From the human T2T-CHM13v2.0 reference genome, Homo sapiens, in NCBI RefSeq assembly GCF_009914755.1, contig NC_060939.1: DNA of 64,000 nt. One strand, 5' to 3'. Position 1 is the stretch's first letter. Every line of letters starts with the position of its first letter. Positions 60,776-64,000 of this stretch are shown one piece after another. A program made the translations under genes and the position numbers. Under the pieces are notes generated by a model, which saw only the letters and a list, made by a program, of their open reading frames with translations, was not told the DNA's origin and searched no databases.

Positions 60776-61445
60776 CAGCATTTCTGATGCCCCTCCGTGT
60801 CTGCCTGGAATTTTGTCTGGATCTAGGAGCCTCTGCTGGGAGATAGGATCAGGAGCTGAAGAGTCAGGGCAGCCAGCCTGCCTGCCCACAGTGGCAGGGG
60901 CCTCTGAGACTCCAACAGACTGTGGAGGCACAGGAGTGCTGGCCCGATGCTGTGTCAGGGGCTGGGCCTTGCGGTGAGCTGAGCTGCAGATGTTCCCTTC
61001 CTCCAAACCATCCCACAGGACAGCTGGGGGCAGGAGCCTGGGGTGGCTGGCGACCCTGAGCAGCGCCTGATGTCAGCAGTGGCTTCAAGAGAGGCATTTT
61101 GGAAAGGCGCAAGGAAATGGAAGTGCCTGGGTGGTAGCTCCTCTTCCCTGTCCTGCTCCTGGAAGAGATGTTAGGAATGAAGAGGAAAGAGGGGACAGGT
61201 GGGGCAAGATGGAGGAGACAGATGAGGAGAAGGGGACACAGGACAGAGGAGGAGAAAGCCCCAGAGAGACTGGGAATAAGAGAACATATTTACATATTTG
61301 AGGGAGAAACCAGGGGGGAAACAAATCGTACTTATCTTTCTCCCAAAGAAGAAATGGTATTCCAAGAGGAAAGTCCAAATGAGGACTGCAGATTCCCTGT
61401 AGGAATCTTTCCCCACAGAGCAAGTGGATCAGTAACTGGCCTGGG

Positions 61446-61447
<2 letters not shown>

Positions 61448-61487
<40 letters not shown>

Positions 61488-61586
61488 AGCAACCTGAGCG
61501 GTGCGTGTGTGTGTGTGTACAGCAACCTTCAGCCTCTCCAGTGCATGTGTGTGTGTGTGTGTACAGCAACCTTCAGCCTCTCCAGA
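61448..61586. repeat. Compound (TG)n plus tacagcaacct minisatellite, 3 units
   Basis: Three (TG)n-tacagcaacct units; the last two continue tcagcctctccag. Confidence 0.9.
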
Positions 61587-63389
61587 TGAGGAGCATAAGG
61601 ATGAGGTCCTAACCTGGAGACTCTGCACAACCTCCTATCTGTGCCAGGTAGGATATATGTCTTCCTACTGCCTCTATCCCATCCCTTTCAAGATCGAGGA
61701 TGCTGCATGCAGAGACAATGGCCTGGGGGAGAGGCTCTGTGGCCTTTCTCCAGAGCTCCCAGAACTGCTGAGCTCAGCAAAGTGGAGGCAGGATGCTAAG
61801 GAGTCTGGGGTAGCAGCTGTGAGCCTTGGCTGCTGGCCAGCCCCATTCCCTCCCTCCAGGTCCACATACAGCACCTCCCCCTGCCCACTCTCCCCTCATC
61901 AACTTGCAGCTCCTGCTGAGCTGATGTCACCAGCAGCATGTATCAAGAATGACTCCTAATCTAAAATAAAAGTTGAAAAAAATGACTCACGTCTGGTGGA
62001 AAACAGCAGGATGGAGCCAAATTCCATGCGCTAGGCCACCTTGGGTAAGTCATTGCCCACGTCTGGGCTTCAGTTGCCTCAAAAACCAAATGACATGGTA
62101 GGACTAGGTGCTACTTCATGGTCCAATAGACTCTGATTGCCTAAGGCTTGATATTCCCAGCCTGACTTGGACATCCCTGGCTCCATTCCTAGCTGAGTGG
62201 CTTGGCTTCTTGGAGTAGGACATGGACCTAAGACCTAACACAGGGAATGGCTGTGCCTTGAGTGGACTAGCTGCTCCCCTGCTTTAAGGTCTTCCGTGGT
62301 CCCCACTGCCCTCCAGGTAAAGCCTGAATTCCCCACTTAGAGCCTCTCTGACCTGCTCCTCCAACAAGCGCACCCTTCCTTCCTCTTCTTGGAACAGCTA
62401 TTTAATTGTTCCCTTAATGTTCCATGGTGTGCCATCCTCTGCACCTTTGCTTATACTGTTCCCTCCGCCCAGGCACCCTTTCCCTGTTCTTCATTTGGCT
62501 AAGTCAGTCTTTGAGAGTGGGCTCTGGCATCACCACCTCCAGAAAGCCTTCCTGGATGTTCCCCCATCCCCAATGGGAACAGGCCCCCTTTCTCTGGGAA
62601 CCTGGATTCTCCTCCCCTGAGACCCTGTTAGTTGCTGAAACAAGGTCAGGAAGCCTTTTTCAACGGGCTGCAGTGGGATCACAGTGTGCCCTCTTTGGCC
62701 TCCTCGGGGCAGCCTTGAAAGTGGGTTTCAGGTCCCTGACCCCACCCCTGGCTTTACAGGTATTTGAGGCTGTAGCAGGAACCTGAGCTTGGGGCAGGGG
62801 ACTGTTGATCTCCACTAACTGTGCAGGCATTTCTCAAGGCCCTGCTGACCTAGATCTGTAGGGTGGCCACATCTTCCTACCCTCTGTAGCCCCCAGCCCC
62901 TCAGTGGACCCAGGGCATGTTCTTTATTCATATACCCCGCCCTCCACCTCCACCAAGCCCCCAGTAGGGAAAAGACCCCAGTCTGTCTCCACCCTCCTTT
63001 CCCCTCCGTATTCTCATTCTCCTCCCATCAGGACAGCCTACGCTATGTCCCCCCATGTGACACGCCCCTTCCTACCTCCACACCTGGAGTCACACTGCTT
63101 CCCCAGCATTCCTGAAGTCGCTTCTCCTCCCCAGATCCTGCCCCTTCTTCAAGACCCAGAATAAGTCCCACTTCCAAAGCCAGCATTCACATGGCTCAGG
63201 GGTGGCATCATAGGGTCCCCAGTCTCTTTGCCACCCAAAAGGATGCAGCTATGGGTTCTGCCTTCCACCCAGTGTCTGGCCCAGCATGTGACCAGAACAC
63301 CCCAAGCCCCATCCCCATCAATGCACAGTGTTCCTGACAGTGTAGGCGGGGTTTTCCCTGCATACCCCTCCCGCTATGAGGACAGTTTC

Positions 63390-64000
63390 TCAGGAACAAG
63401 TTTATTGCAGGGAACACACTAACCTCTTTCATAATAGCCAAAGGCATAAAAACTACAAAAATATCTGGCTCTCGAGTGTGGGCAGCTCAGTGTGGGACCT
63501 GGTCTGAGTCATGACTTGGGCTGCCCTGCAGGCCAGAGGCCCGGGAGCTTTCCGGCCACTCCCCAGAGAGGTCCGTGGCGCTGAGGGGGTGAGGAAGTGC
63601 CTTGGCTGCTTCCACAGCGTGAAGGCCAAGGCTGAGGTGGAGCTGGGCTGGAGTGGTTCCAGAGAAGGCTTCATCGAGGCCCTTCAAGGCTGATGGCAGA
63701 GCCAGGGTAGGGAGACGCCTGGATGTGGCTGCCCTGGCTCAACTGGCTCCTGGACCAAGGCCCTAACCCACCAGTTTTTTTCTCCAGAACCCCTGCTGGC
63801 TCTCCCATAGCCAAGTGGGTGGAGCAGAGCCCTCCTGAGGCTCCCAGTGCAGACAGACCTCCACCCAACCACAGTGATCCGGAGGACCTGCTGGCTGCAT
63901 GGCTGGTGTGATGCTGGGAGGAGAGCCGGGGAGGGAGGAGGATGGTAGGCAGGAACATGCCTCAGCACAGATGGGCAGGTGGGTTGACCTTCCCTGCCCT
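63390..64000 (-). other. STRA6: 3' UTR of STRA6 terminal exon; the stop codon falls at or just beyond the window edge
   Basis: Minus-strand AATAAA at 63401-63406. The sequence and the convergent position downstream of ISLR match my recall of STRA6. No STRA6 coding sequence is inside the window. Confidence 0.8.

Overview
Human (primate) genomic DNA, recognisable as the chr15q24 ISLR2-ISLR-STRA6 locus. Two tandem paralogous LRR+Ig genes lie on the + strand, each with its whole CDS in one exon: ISLR2/Linx (16676-18913, 745 aa, transmembrane) and ISLR/Meflin (58779-60065, 428 aa, C-terminal GPI-type signal). The 3' UTR of STRA6 converges from the right edge on the - strand. A spliced antisense lncRNA appears to diverge from the ISLR2 CpG-island promoter. 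The intergenic ~37 kb is a stack of repeats: old L1, MaLR/ERV LTR relics, a near full-length HSMAR2 mariner, a decayed Blackjack hAT transposase plus its MER81 MITE, and an mRNA-3'UTR retrocopy with a perfect 15-bp TSD; about 32 Alus occur across the window. The most notable sequence-level observations are: (i) the proximal ISLR first exon ends at a GC 5' splice site that sits inside a MIR relic; (ii) both genes have alternative non-coding leader exons that include or exclude uORFs; (iii) an exact 30-bp copy of a nearby MST LTR segment is inserted in an Alu 2 kb away, resembling a templated repair insertion; (iv) an inverted AluY pair only 70 bp apart. I found no convincing wholly new protein-coding system. 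Gene and repeat names come from recognition, not from database searches, and repeat boundaries are approximate.
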